A DNA stretch of 64,000 bases. Origin: Octopus bimaculoides (Eukaryota). The stretch lies in contig NC_068981.1 in NCBI RefSeq assembly GCF_001194135.2, positions 115,838,802 to 115,902,801 of the forward strand, read 5' to 3'. The stretch's first letter is position 1; every line of letters starts with the position of its first letter. A program made the position numbers and the translations under genes. Positions 38,562-52,850 of this stretch are shown here, piece after piece. The notes under the pieces were generated by a model that saw only the letters and a program-made list of their open reading frames with translations, was not told the origin of the DNA and searched no databases.

Positions 38562-39180
38562 TACGTCCTTTGTATTTCAGAAATTATCACGCTATATTAT
38601 TTAATGTGATGTGCCTTGTTTCAATTTAGAATTTTGTGATTTTCGAAAATTGCACGATGTAAAAAAAAGGTAAGGTTAGCAGGTCAAGATATATTTCCTT
38701 TGTGAACGTCAACAGAAACGACAAGTAAATCTTGTTATTGAAACACCGATGCTATTTACTGGAAGATAGCGAAATATACTTAATTAGAGAGACATATGTA
38801 CTCACCCAGAAAATGGCAATGCATAACTTTCAAAAAATATCACAAGAAGTAAGAGGGAATGTTAAACGAAAATGTCATTTTAAACCTTTGTAATAACCTA
38901 TCGCCCGAAGCACATAAATATTCACTTAGTTTATCTTTTATTACATTTCTGTTATATTTTTATTGACGAAAGCAGCTTTTATCGAGAAGACAATGATAAA
39001 ATTTATTCATGTGTATGTGAAGTGTGTGTATATACATATGTATATATGTATATGTACACACACATACATACACACACAATCATACACGGTCACGCACACA
39101 TATAGGTGACAAACATATATAGCATGACTATATATATTAATATATATGCACGTGTATTTATATACATACATATATATGAT

Positions 39181-39258
<78 letters not shown>

Positions 39259-39404
39259 NNNNNNNNNNNNNNNNNNNNNNNNNNNNNNNNNNNNNNNNNN
39301 NNNNNNNNNNNNNNNNNNNNNNNNNNNNNNNNNNNNNNNNNNNNNNNNNNNNNNNNNNNNNNNNNNNNNNNNNNNNNNNNNNNNNNNNNNNNNNNNNNNN
39401 NNNN

Positions 39405-39464
<60 letters not shown>

Positions 39465-39699
39465 TTAACATGGGTGTAAATATTTTATAGGGATATTTCA
39501 GTTGAAGATAGAAGGTTAAGTTTTTATATCACCTTTTCACCGTGCCTCAGCACCTCAAACTAAGGAGACACATAATTCGACCTTAGATTGTAACAGCTAG
39601 ATTCTTTGACCATACATTAACAGGAAGAATTATAACCATACGTGCATACACGGGCGTCTGTTTGCATGTTTTTAAGTCTCTATGCGTGTTCACATACAT

Positions 39700-39832
39700 A
39701 CGTACATACATATGTATGTATGTACGTATGTATGTACGTATGTATGTATGTATGCATGTATGTATGTATGCATGTATGTATGTATGTATGTATGTATGTG
39801 TGTATGTATGTATGTATGTATGTATGTATGTA
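39700..39832. repeat. (TATG)n microsatellite
   Basis: Direct reading. Confidence 0.95.
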
Positions 39833-39892
39833 TTACAACATGCAAAATGGATTTTGGAGCAGATATTGTGAAAAAAGTGCTACAATTCTGTT

Positions 39893-40140
39893 GATATAGT
39901 GGTTAGAGTGTTGTACTCATAATCGCGTTATCGTGATTTCAATACCTAGACCACCCGGTCAAGGAAATATTTCATCTCACATTGGTCTGCGATCACTTCG
40001 ACACCTCATGCGTGGTACACCTTGCACTTGTTCAGACAACATCAATTTGATGGCGGAGTGAGCTAATATACGGTACGTACATTTGATAACTAAACACAAA
40101 TCATCTGAGCAGGTCGCTCAGCAAACGCTGAACGCCTACA
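39893..40140 (+). mobile_element. tRNA-derived SINE, another family, decayed
   Basis: TAGTGGTTAGAGTGTTGTACTC A-box region and GTGATTTCAATACC B-box-like region. Confidence 0.55.
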
Positions 40141-40187
40141 AGTCATCTTCAACGAGAGAGTCCATCATATATATGTATGTACGTATG

Positions 40188-42554
40188 TCATTATTCAGTT
40201 TATTTCAAGATTTCTTGCCAATAGAGAAAGAACCGGTTTCTAACCTCGATCCAAGGTTCCTTCGTTGGAATTTCAACCCCAACAGCAGGGTATCTTTGTT
40301 TGTATGTATGTATGTATGTATGTATGTATGTATTTGCAGATTTGTGTGTTTTATGTATGTATTCTCATGTATATAGTTAATACCTAGACATCTAGTCACA
40401 TATCTAGATATTTAAATGATAAACATCTGGAAAGTTTTACAGATTTTACAGTTCCGGTGGATTAGATCTGTAGTCTTCGAAGTAGCTTTCTCCTTTCTGG
40501 TTTTGAGAAGCTTAATTTCTCAAGATTCGTATTTAGGCAGTGTGTTACATATCCCACTGCCTCAATAATTACAACCTGAGCTCGTAATCTGGATAGAGTA
40601 ACTGCTGACCTCTCAATAGTTCAGTATAGGTGTTCTCCTTTTCACTGATCTTCAGATTTATGTTAACATCCGCTGGGCAGCTAATTTCCCTTCTCTGCTA
40701 ACATTTTCTTGGGGTCTTCACTGGTACAATCCACCAGTATTCCTTTTCATTATGAGTGGCTATGGCTTCTACCATATTGTGGGTTCTTCTTTCTTTCTTT
40801 GTCCTCGAGATTATCCTTCCGACGGATTTCATTATAGAATTTCCTAGCTACAAAGTCATGTCTCCTCGGTAGATAATACCGTGGTGACATTTTCGGACAA
40901 CTGCTTATGATGTGGGTGATATCTTCAATGTGAACTCCACAAAGTCTGCATCGGTTGTCACATTTTACGGCTTTTACAGCATCTGTATCCCTTTTGTACA
41001 TCAGGAACTTGGTTGATATTTCCTGTTCCTGGATTGCAAAAGCATACCCTTCAAAGTGGGAGGTAATAATCCGGCTATTGGTCCATGATACACTGCTTTG
41101 ATGATCTATATTACTATCATTACGGAGCTTTCTACTAACAGTGCCATGTATAGCCTTCTGCTCATATAGACTCATCCTTTCATCTGGTGATATGTTGCGG
41201 TAGAGTCCTGCGACCTCTTTGGGCAAGTATTCTAGGTTATCAGACAAAGAGTGTTGCTCAAGGAGCTGCCTTCCAAGTCTTATGATGTTATCATCTTCAT
41301 GTATGCAAACTTGGTCAAGGGATGGACTTCGACATTTGGTGGTTAAAAGATGTTGCCGAAGGGATATGATAAGACATTCAAAGGCATTTTGGATCGATGT
41401 CAAACTTCTGCCGCCTTGTTTAGATTTTAGGTAGAGACGGTCTGCGTCACTGTTTATCTGGAAACTATGTGTGCTTGTTAGTATTTTTCGGGTTTTCACA
41501 TCAATGGCTCAGATCTCGTCACGCGTTCAATCAAGCAGCCCAAATGTTGGTATGAGTACTGGCACTGCAAACACACAGTGGGTTACTGTTTTATTGAATG
41601 CAGAGAGTTCTGAGGTTCAAATTTTCTTTATTCGGCTGTAATATTCTTTAGTGACACGTTACAGGTGCCATTGTAAGATATATTTTTATCTACCCCTAGA
41701 TACCTGTAACATCCCACGTCTGATAGAGGAGAAACAGTCAAATCATTGACGGAGATGCTACTAGTCTGTTTTATAGTCTTCCTCCTTTTCACAACCATAT
41801 AGCCACATTTGTCCTGACCAAACTCTAACCTTACATCCTTTGAGAATGTTGTAACTAGGTCAAGGATCTTCTTCATCTCATGCATATTCTTTGCATAAAT
41901 TTTATGCCATCCCAAAGAAACAATGGTATTTCTGTTTCCTTGTGAACCAGTGATATATCCTTCAGACTTCCTTAACATGAACGAAAAGGGGTTTACAAAA
42001 AGTATAAAGAGCATCACAGAGAGGCTGTCCCCTTGGAATATGCATTTGCGATATTGTATTCTATCGGTTATAATACAGTCACTCTTTGTGTTTAATTTCA
42101 AGATGGTGGCCCATGATGAAGTCAGGTCAGCTAAGGCTTTGGCTATTCTCACTGGAACTTAAGCAAGTTGAAGGGCTTCTAGCATCCATGAGTGGGGAAC
42201 AGAGTCAAAGGCTTTCTTGTAGTCTAGCCACATTGGAACTAGGTTCCTCCTATGCTCTCTCACCTCTGACATCACAGTTTTGTTGATTAATAATTGCTTC
42301 ACACATCTCCAGACTCAATTCTTTCCAGCTGCTTGTTCTGCTTTGATAATGGTATTGGATTCACAATAATCTTGGAAGGAGAGGTTTAAACATGCTGTAT
42401 ATATTTTATGCATTAAGTTCTGGCATGCAACTGGTAGTTGGTTTTTTCCATGTGGGTGGTTCTGCATTTGGGAATCAATTTTGTGTCTGCCAGAACTAGC
42501 CAGTGTGTTATGCTAATGTTCCCAATGAAAGCTTGTTGGTACAGATTCATAAGA
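40188..42554 (-). mobile_element. RLE-type LINE, CATA-flanked family, copy C (5'-truncated)
   Basis: RT (IFQGDSLSV, EFGQDKCG, YRYLGV), CCHC (CRLC..EDITHIISSC), RRHDFV, RLE remnant; 3' end AACTGAATAATGA at 40188; (CATA)n on the element strand at both junctions. Confidence 0.92.
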
Positions 42555-42569
42555 TATGTATGTATTATG

Positions 42570-42603
<34 letters not shown>

Positions 42604-42619
42604 TGTATGTATGTATGTA

Positions 42620-42666
<47 letters not shown>

Positions 42667-43014
42667 TAGCTTTCAAAGAATATATTTCTAAGTATCGTAA
42701 ACATGTGTGAATGATCACTATGATATGAGCAGAGTGACAACGCTTTTTCCACAATATCTTCTTCAAAATTTCTTTTGAGTTACATAATAATACACACCCA
42801 TCCCATACACGTACGAACTGGATTAAATTTTGTGTACCGGATTATGCAGTAAAAGACTGATGCCAGGAGAGATAAGCAAGTGCATAAGATTATGGAAATT
42901 CACCCTTTCATTCGTTCGATAAGAGAGTAATAATAGGAAATATTCATCATAGAAATTTAGACAGTAGTCGATAAACTATTTAAGTTCTTGTTTGTATTTG
43001 ATATCGTTCCACTG

Positions 43015-43036
43015 CTATATATTATTGATGTTGTTG

Positions 43037-43074
<38 letters not shown>

Positions 43075-43280
43075 GTTGTTGTTGTTGTTGCTGTTGTTGT
43101 TGTTATCATCATCATCATCATTATTATTATCATCATCATCGTCGTCATCATTATTATTATTACTATTATTATTAAAGTACAGTTCAGCACTGGGGTCAAT
43201 GTAATCGATTTATCCCCTCCCCAGTTGCTGAACTTGTGCCAAAATTTGAAATCATTATTATTATTATTATTATTATTATT
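43015..43280. repeat. (ATT/GTT/ATC)n cluster with a SINE family A 3' fragment (43185-43250) and (ATT)n tail
   Basis: Direct reading; CAGCACTGGGGTCAATGTAATCGA...CCAAAATTTGAAATC. Confidence 0.8.
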
Positions 43281-44060
43281 AAATCTCTCGGGTAGTTCTT
43301 AATAACCGGTTATTCTTTACTTGAAAGCAGGCAGTAACAAATCACCAAGGGTTTCAAGTGGTACCTTCTCCTGTGATTCAAACAGACAAAACTCGCCTTA
43401 GAATGCGAACTGTATCTCCTCGAGCCTGACAGCAGCTGCAATATTCTCGTCCCGCAGTGGCTGGTATTTCTCAGTCTTTTCTTTTTCGTTAGATTTTACC
43501 CTCGAATCGCCTGGTATTGCAACATCTATTATCTTTATTTCTTTTTCGTCTTTATGGATGAGCACGAAATCTGATCATCTCACCTCTATGATTTCGTCGC
43601 ACTGCATGTTAAAATCCCAGAATATTTTTCAATGTTCGTTTTCCATTACTCCCTCTGGCTTGTGTTCATACCATTTTTCGGCTTATTCAACGTTTGCTTT
43701 ACTGCACAACAGCCAGTGGCGATATTTGGCCACATCGTCGTGTCTTCTATATTCCTGTTGTCCGAGCTTACAGCACTCACTAACAATATGGCTTATACTT
43801 TCTCCCTCCTCACAGTGGCAAGTCAGTGCTTTTATCAATGTGATGTTTGGAGTAGTTCGTTCTTAGAGCTTGTTCTTGAGCGCTGCACACTAATGCCTCA
43901 TTGGGCCCTTTTAAGACTCCTTTCTGCAGCCATTGCCAGGTTCTATTCCAAGCAATCTCATCTTCATTCTTCAAGAACTGACTGTGCATTTTCTTGTCCT
44001 GCCAAATTTTCTTCATCTGCTCTCTCGGGTCTTTCATAATTTGTGTTGGATCGTTCCCTA
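43281..44060 (-). mobile_element. RLE-type (Dong-like) LINE 3' fragment ending in (AAT)n
   Basis: KKMHSQFL, TWQWLQKGVLK, SAQEQALRTN, RRHDDVAKY, ILWDF-like WDFNMQCD, IIDVAIPGDSRV. Confidence 0.88.
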
Positions 44061-44063
44061 GTA

Positions 44064-44120
<57 letters not shown>

Positions 44121-44129
44121 GTCTATCTG

Positions 44130-44172
<43 letters not shown>

Positions 44173-44460
44173 CACACTCTCTTTCTCTCTCTCTTTCTCT
44201 TTCTCTCTCTCTTTCTCTTTCTCTTTTTCTCTCTCTCTCTCTTTCTCTTTCTCTTTCTTTCTCTCTCTCTCTCCCTCCCTCTCTCTCTCTCTCTATATAT
44301 ATATATATGCATATATTCACATATATGTATAAATATACATATATATGTGTGTGCGCGTGCGTAGGAAAGAGAGAGAAAGACAGAGAAAGACAGAGTGAGA
44401 GAGTGTGTGTGTGTGTGTGTATGTGTGTGTGTGTGTATGTATGTGTGTGTGTATGTGAAT
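44064..44460. repeat. Compound (TATC)n, (TC)n, (TA)n, (GA)n, (GT)n microsatellite
   Basis: Direct reading. Confidence 0.95.
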
Positions 44461-44984
44461 GCACATACACACTTGCACGTTCATACACGTATATCTGGGC
44501 AGTGAAAATAGCAAGGAAGTGAGCCAGCTGTAAACAAGAGCAACATGAACAACAACAGCAGCAGCAGTAACAACAGCCAGAAGAGTAACATTTCCAATGC
44601 GTCAACATATTTACAGCTCTTTCACTTAACGGCTGAAAGGGTCGGCAGGTCAGATAAGAATCTCACAAAGTTAACAAACAGACACGTAGATAATGTATTG
44701 AAATATTCCTACCCACCCATTCTTCTACCCGCAATTTTTTCTTACACTTATGTTCTTTACCAATCCTTACACTATTTCTCGTATATTCTCGCGCAGTCTC
44801 TTTATCTCCCCATCCTTTTAATAGACGTCACACACATCTGTATGTACTGCTTATGTGAGTTGCGATCCCAGACTTCACGATTTATATCCACTGTGAGTGT
44901 CTCAAAACGAGTACTCGCACAAATTTTCTACATATTTACTGAAATGATTTATCTCCTCCTACTTAGTACGTTTCATATATTCTT

Positions 44985-45192
44985 TTCTGCTCTAGACACA
45001 AGGCTCGAAATTTTTGGTGGAGGGGGCCAATCGATTACATCAACTCCAGTACGCAACTGGTACCTTAATTTATCGAAAGGATGAAAGGCAAAGTCGACCT
45101 CGGCGGAATTTGAACTCAGGTCGTAAAGACAAACGAAATGCCGCCAAGCATTTCGCCCGACGTGCTAACGTTTCTTCCAGCTAGCCGCCTTT
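44985..45192 (-). mobile_element. SINE family A
   Basis: Reverse complement of head, B box and body. Confidence 0.88.
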
Positions 45193-45247
45193 AGTATATT
45201 ATACATTGATAAAATTCTTTATATTGTTTTGTAGAGTTCCCTTTTTG

Positions 45248-45625
45248 TAGGCGCAATGGCCCAGTGGTTAGGGCAGCAGAGTCACGGTCGTGGGATCGCG
45301 ATTTTGATTCCCAGAGCAGGCGTTGCGAGTATTTATTGAGCGAAAACACTTAAAGCTCCACGAGTCTCAGGCAAGGGCCGGTGGAGAACCCTGCTGTACT
45401 CTTTCATCACAACTTTCTCTCACTCTTTCTTCCTGTTTCTGTTCTACCTGTATTTCAAAGGGCCAGCCTTGTCACACTCTGTGTCACGCTGAATCTCCCC
45501 GAGAACTACATAAAGGGTAAACGTGTCTGTGGAGTGTTCAGCCACTCGCACGTTAATTTCACGAGCAAGCTGTTCCGTTGATCAGATCAACTGGAACCCT
45601 CGTCGTCGTAACCGACGGAGTGCTA
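45248..45625 (+). mobile_element. tRNA-derived SINE, full length, distinct family
   Basis: GGCGCAATGGCCCAGTGGTTAGGG A box and degenerate B box GATTTTGATTCCC, followed by a long non-tRNA body. Confidence 0.75.
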
Positions 45626-45984
45626 GAGTTCCTTTTACTTACAAGTTATATTCGGTCAAATATCTCTCCCCCACTCTTCTCGCTCCCTCTCTGTCAACAT
45701 GTAAGTTGCAGGGAACTAAGGCACACCAATACCAACACCAACGCAAAAGACTGGCAAATACGAACAAACGAGATGCCTTTGAGCAACAATGCTCAAGCAC
45801 CCCCATCAAACACAACTTCAATAACAATTTCAACATCATCCCCATCACTACCATAATCTCCATCACTACCACAACCACAACCACAACCACAGACACCACC
45901 ACTACAGGCACAACCTAATTCACACGCACAATAGTTTGTACATTTAAAAATTGAAATCAAAATTTTGATATCATAAAAAGTAAA

Positions 45985-46178
<194 letters not shown>

Positions 46179-49100
46179 TATGAATTAATGAAAAGTTTTC
46201 GTGTGCGAATTTCGACGGTAACATTAAGAGACAGTATTAAAACAACACTTGAACAAATACGCAGTAAAAAACTTAGAATATTTTGGGATTTGAGATTTGG
46301 TTTGTAAGATTCTTTTTCGTGTGTTGAAGCATATTTTGTTATGTCTGAGGAGAGCCATCCTCTTTTTGCGCCTTATTATTTAACACACTCACCGGTTCAG
46401 TTTCCACTCATTTACTTCTTTATTTTTTCTAATATTTTCGTTGCGTCTTGCAACCTTTTCAATAGTCAGAGATAATCATTGAAAAACTAAGCATGAAATA
46501 TATATTCTACTCTGCATGTATTCCTTTACTGATTGGTCGATTCGTCCTCGTTAATGGTTCAGTAGAAATGTGTGCGACGCAAACAATATATAAGTGAATG
46601 TAGATTTATTTTAACAAGTGTAATATAGTTTTACTAGTTGAGGAAACCTGAAAATTAATAGTATTACTTCAGGTGAATATTATGAACAATTTTCAGATTT
46701 GAGAAAACTTGTCACCTAACCTCAGGATTAACGTTTCTTCTAATTAAATGCTTAAATCGCAGTAATGGGTTAAGCTTGAATCCCAGCAATGGGCTATCCT
46801 TGAGCTAAACAAAATGTATTAATAGAAAGTACCAACAGCTAAATCTCTCTTAAAGCACAGACCTTTTCGTTTGAAAATATTTTCAATTTGTTTTTCTTTT
46901 TTACCGAAAAGACTTCTCTCAACGTTTTAAGGTGCGTAGTGCCAAAATATTTTGCCAAAATCGGTCTGGAGGTGGGTGTAAAGTTTTCAAAAATTCTTTT
47001 TTATAACAATCTTCCCCGCATCATTTCGAAGGCCGTTGTAAAAAAAAAAATGGAAAAATCCCGTCAAACAGAGAAAATACAACTTATATGGGCGTCCTGA
47101 TCCAAAACTCCGCCAACGTGAACTACGGCACTTGATAGAAGCTCTCAAGTAACTATTGTTACCACAAATAAGACAGCGTGGTTTTCTAGTTTTTACCACC
47201 GGTTTTGTTCATCATGTTTCTGTGCCTACACTTTGTACAGCTCCAGAATAACCCTGGTGGCTTCTGCAATAGAGATTCAATTGTTTCATCAAATAAATTC
47301 CAAAGTATGGAATGGTTACGTATTACAATGGCTACTGTGCCATTTATATAATTCTAAAGTGGAATCAGCGTGACACAAGATATTACAAGCACAATTCATG
47401 AGCCGGGCATCCACACAGTTTCTGTTACTTCAATTTCAGTCACAAGACAGGGGTTGACACGAGTCCATAGTCAAGACACTTGCTCAAGATTCCACAATCT
47501 CATGATTTTGAAGCTAACTACATAATCAGTCAGCCATATATACTTGTATGCCAATGAGTTGCGCTGCTTTCAACATATTTTATCCAGCATGACTGACAGA
47601 AGTCGTTATACTTGTCCTGCTTTTATCAACTGACTCCTATTTTGTTACTAGTTATCTAAATATTAAGCTTATATATACACATATATATACATATATATAT
47701 ACATATATATANNNNNNNNNNNNNNNNNNNNNNNNNNNNNNNNNNNNNNNTATATATATATATATACATATGCATGTATATACATGTATATACATATATA
47801 TATATACATATATATATACATATATATAACGGACTATATATACATATACATAAATGCTTACATACACACACATGCATGCAAATAGAAATACACACACATC
47901 ACACACACACACACACACACACGTGTGTGTACATTTATAAGTTTTTAGTAAGAATAATATATATATGTGTGTGTATGTGTGTGTGTATGTGTGCGTGCGC
48001 ACGCGCGTGTGTGTGTATATACAAAAGCACACATACACCTACGTGTGCATGATATATGTACATACATATACATTAATACATACATGCCTTATATATGAAT
48101 ACACATAGAAACTCATATGTATATATATACATACACATACACATATATATCTACATATTTCTATGTTATAACACACATACACACACACACACACATAAAT
48201 ATACTTATCTATATGAGTACGTATATGTGTATATATAGACGCATATATACATATAAAAATGTAATGCTTGCATACGCATATGTTTGTGTGAGTGCGTGTG
48301 CATGTGTGTGTGTATTTAAGCCTGTTGGATTTTCTGTTTTCGTGCGTATGCTCATGTGTCTATACTCGTCTATATGTGTATGTGTTTACAATGCACTTCT
48401 CATAAATATGTATGTGTAGTGTTCTCATTCCGATCACCACCTTGAACTATATTGGAGATATATCTGTCGCTTGTGTTAAGAGAGGAGAAAGAGGAAGAGA
48501 CATGTACATAGTTAGAGAGAAGAGAGATTTTTAAACTGAGAGGAGAGAAAGAGAAGTAAATGTAGAGGGAACAGGAGAGAGAGAGAGTGAGTGAGAGAGA
48601 GAGAGAACGAGAGTGAGAGAGTGAAAGAGAAAAAGAGAGAGAGAGAATAAGAGCGGTAGAGAGGAAGTGAGAATAAGTGAGAGAGAGAAAGAGCATGAGT
48701 GAGAGAGAGAGAGAGAGTACGAAAGGGAGAAAGAAAAGAAAAACTGTTATGACAGCTGTTAGAATAGTTTCGTCATGAATAACACTCATCACCAGAGAAA
48801 GTTTCTGCTGAAAACCTGGCATCAGGCCGTTCTTGAAGAAACGATGAGAACACTATGGGTGTCTAACAGCTCCCCCTTGCGGGCAGTCACTGCATGACTG
48901 TTTTTCTTATCGACTTCTTTTTTTCCTTTTAGTTTTGTTTTATATTTGTTTCTTGTTTTCCTTTCATTTTTTCTTTTATCATATTTCTTAAATGTTTTGT
49001 TTTTCTCTTTCGCTATTTTTCTTTTAAATATATTTCTTAAGATTATTCTTCACTGGCTTCCACCCACAACTCCTTTGGGTAATTGTTTTCTTTCTTTTTT

Positions 49101-50098
49101 CTTTTGCTTTTTATTTTGAGAATGTAGAATGTCAGTAAACATACACACACAAACATATACCTGCCTATGCATATACATACACAGCTACACACACACGTGC
49201 AAATATATATNNNNNNNNNNNNNNNNNNNNNNNNNNNNNNNNNNNNNNNNNNNNNNNNNNNNNNNNNNNNNNNNNNNNNNNNNNNNNNNNNNNNNNNNNN
49301 NNNNNNNNNNNNNNTATATATATATCCAGTATAATACATATACATGCAGACCACTCCACAAACATAAGTCACCCTCATTTCTTTTTTCCTCTCGTCCTCC
49401 CTCTCACTCTCTCTATGTGTGTATGCGCGTATGTGTGTATATGTATGTACATATATATATGTGTTATGCGTGTGAGTGCATGTATATGATGCATGTGTTT
49501 GTATTAGTGTGTATGTGTATGTTTGTGTGTGTGGGTTTCTGTCTAGTGTATCCTGATGGATTTCTGTGATGCTTCGGTTTTGTTTTTGCTTGACTTTATC
49601 ATTTTTTTAAAAAATTAGATTTTAGATTTTTGAGTGTTCGCAATGTTGGTATAATATATTGTTGGTGTTATTGATGATTAACCCCGTGACCTAGGATATA
49701 GCGTCCACAACTATCTATCCTACCATTTATGTATAGGTTGCGTAGGGCTAAGTCCACTCAGAAGCTTCTTGTCTCATTTGTTAGTCAGTGTTTCTCATTT
49801 GTTTTTCTCATTTGTTTGTCTCATTTGTTTGTCACACTGTATCTGTTTTACGTGGATGATTTTGTTGGACTCTAATGTTTTTAATGTTCCAACGCTCTGT
49901 TATGACTCCGATATCTCATTCCTGGACTACTTTCCTACTAAGAGGCAAACGTTCTGCTTTAGTTGAACACACATTTTTTTCACAAGTTCATATTGTTGGT
50001 GATTTTTATATACTATTGTGGTGCGGGTATATTGTTTGCAGTTGCTACTGTGGTTCCTTAAGACCGTTATTTGAAGATAATGCTTTGAGCAAAAGCAA

Positions 50099-50162
50099 TA
50101 CAGAGGTATAATAAATGCAGTACAGAGGTATAATAAATGCACTAATATAATAAATGCACTAA
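50099..50162. repeat. Short tandem duplication (22-bp unit x2 plus a partial third)
   Basis: TACAGAGGTATAATAAATGCAG repeated. Confidence 0.85.
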
Positions 50163-50469
50163 AACAAACCTTCACATATAACTAAGATAACCAAGACGAA
50201 TATGGCTTACTAAGCTTTCTTTAACAGCTAGATACTACAATCAATTCTTCTTTAGTTCTTCTACAACCACCTGCACATCACAGCGTGCTCAAAAATCAAT
50301 AAACAAAACTAAAGCAATGTTCATTAACCCTTTTTCACCAAGTGACAGAATAACAGTTAACATAATCCATCAACCACCAACATACATTCTGTAAAACGAA
50401 TATTGACAAAAATACTGTCGATGGATCAAAGAAACACATCTCACAGTGCATATGAAAATATTGATTTCA

Positions 50470-50676
50470 AATTTTGGCACAAAGTCAGAAGTTTCGGAGA
50501 AGCAGGTAAATCGATTACATCGATTTCAGTGCACAAGTGGGATTTATTTTATCGACTTCAAAAGGATGAAAGGCGAAGTCAACTTCGGTGGAATTTGAAC
50601 TCAGAGCATAAAGACGGACGAAATGCCGTTAAGCATTTTGCCCGGCGTACTAATGATTCGGCTAGCTCGCTGCCTT
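50470..50676 (-). mobile_element. SINE family A
   Basis: GGAATTTGAACTCAGAGCATAAAGACGGACGAAATGCCGTTAAGCATTTTGCCCGGCG. Confidence 0.88.
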
Positions 50677-51439
50677 TTCCAAGTCATAACATTACATCAG
50701 AATAAATACAACTTACAAACACGGCCAAAAAATAGACAATGGCTTCAACCTGCACATAAGCACACACATGCATCAACTTATCTCTTCTCGAATTCAGCAA
50801 AATCCTTTAATTTCGCATTCCTCGGTACCTGCTCATACGTTAAATATTAAATTCTGTTTCAAACGACTATTACAAAAATGTGTTTTGGTTCATTATACTT
50901 AAATGTCAATTGTAGACGCTTCACATTTACCTTGAGGTACAAAAACAGCATCACTTTTAGATTATTTATACATTATATTTGATAAACTTTCGCTTATTTG
51001 TATAATGCTATAGCTATATCGGTAAGGGGTACATTACCCTTCATTTTAGACATGAATGACTTATTTGTCAACATATCCAGTAGCAGTTAATCTCAAGCGT
51101 ATAACATTACCAGACATTCCTAGACAATTGTTTCTGACAAAAGAACCCAGATTTCTATAAAGAGAACATCATAAAGGTCGAATTTATACTCTTCAGTAGG
51201 TGAGATTTAAAAGAAAATAAAAAGATGTCTAAAATATACATAGAATTTTTTCTTCGTTTTCATTATTATCTAGGTATTTGTATATTCATTCTTCCACTCA
51301 TGATTTATTGAAGCAAGACTAAAAACTAAAGGACTTGGCTGCTTAAATATCTAATATTTAATTAATTAAATACCAGTCACACAATATGATCGATGGAAGC
51401 TTTACTTTAGCATTCTTTAGGGTTAATAGCTGGCACGAA

Positions 51440-52060
51440 CGATGTTGCTTTCAAGGAGACACTGGGCGTCGATGAGAATCAACTGGCTAGTCTGATCCAG
51501 AGAACTTTCAGGCTGGGGCTTGTGGATAATTTCCAGAAATCTCTAACTTGACATTGCTACCGAGAGGTGGGATGAGACATTACCAGGTCATAATAAACTC
51601 TCCACATATGGATGTGCCGTCAGCCGAACATCCTTATGTGCGCAAAACGATGAAGCTGTTTTACACTCATTCATACAGTACCCGACTTATTGAGCTTTGT
51701 TGAATACCTGCAGCTGTGTGTGGGACAGATCCGTCGATCAGATGAGTTCATCGTGAAAATCCTCCCATCACCTTCCTTTAGCTAGGAAGAGAGATAGTTT
51801 TTATCTGTCTGGTGGCATTAATGATTAAAGTTGTGTGGTGGACCAGCTTGAAAGGGCTGAGGACAGACATCATTACTTGGTAAGCTCTCATCAACGTTTT
51901 GAAGTTACCTTCAAAAGGAAAATGAGGGTGGAGAGGGGAGCTGCCTTCCAGTAAATTCATTGAAAGGTGGATGAAGTAGTACTAATGGCCCGAGTGAACA
52001 GGCCTGTTCTAAGCATGCGCCTGTAGATAAAGAGGGAAATTCTTCTATGGTCTAGTTAGC
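51440..52060 (+). mobile_element. Decayed 3' fragment of a Tx1/L1-type LINE (ORF2 C-terminus with CCHC remnant)
   Basis: TFRLGLVDNFQKSL.*HCYR, CAQNDEAVLHSFIQ, VVWWTSLKGLRT; shares sequence with 14690-15140. Confidence 0.65.
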
Positions 52061-52151
52061 CGTGTATATATATGTTTGATGGCCTTTCTCATTGATGAGA
52101 TTTGTTCATATTTTTATCTCAATATTTTAGCTGATATATATATATATAAAT

Positions 52152-52278
52152 AAAGATTTACTTTTCCTAATGGGATAAAAAACCAAGGCTGTGTATAATA
52201 TAGAACTATTTATAAATGTTCTATATTATACACAGCCTTGTTTTTTTTTTATTATCTTATTACGAAAAGTAAATCCTT
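52152..52278. repeat. Small palindromic element (perfect 23-bp core arms, imperfect outer arms of about 55 bp)
   Basis: CAAGGCTGTGTATAATATAGAAC (52184-52206) versus its reverse complement (52218-52240). Confidence 0.8.
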
Positions 52279-52423
52279 ATATTCACACGCTGATATATAA
52301 CCTACGTTGGACCCCTTATTTCATAACCACCGAACCTGGAGCTTAACTGTGATCTATCTATAGCACTTACTCAGCATTATCTGAAACCCCTGGGTCTAAT
52401 TGACACCACTATCCCTCATAAGC

Positions 52424-52475
<52 letters not shown>

Positions 52476-52523
52476 TATAGGGTGCATCAGCATGCCCGCC
52501 TCTCTAAGATGAAACTATAAACA

Positions 52524-52564
<41 letters not shown>

Positions 52565-52570
<6 letters not shown>

Positions 52571-52604
52571 GGAAACTGAAGGAAGTCCGTCGTATATATG
52601 TATT

Positions 52605-52639
<35 letters not shown>

Positions 52640-52850
52640 TTGTGTGTCTGTGTTTGTCCACTCCACCATCACTTGACAACCGATGGTGGTATGTTTACGT
52701 CCCCGTAACTTAGCAGTTCAGCAAAAGCGACCGATGGAATAAGTACTAGACTTACAAAGAATAAATCCTGGGGTCGATTTGCTCAACTAAAGGTGGTGCT
52801 CCAGCATGGCCGCAGTCAAATGACTGAAAAAAGTAGAAGAGTAAAAGAGA
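52565..52850 (+). mobile_element. SINE family B, body and 3' half with internal (TA)/(TG) tract
   Basis: GACGGAAACTGAAGGAAGTCCGTCG, TTTACGTCCCCGTAACTTAGCAG, CCAGCATGGCCGCAGTCAAATGACTGAAA. Confidence 0.8.

Noticed and set aside
44545-45084. 179-aa ORF
   Set aside because: Starts in (CAG/CAA)n and ends inside an antisense SINE; no domain recognised.
45248-45325. Possible tRNA gene
   Set aside because: Degenerate B box, no convincing cloverleaf, and it continues into a SINE body.
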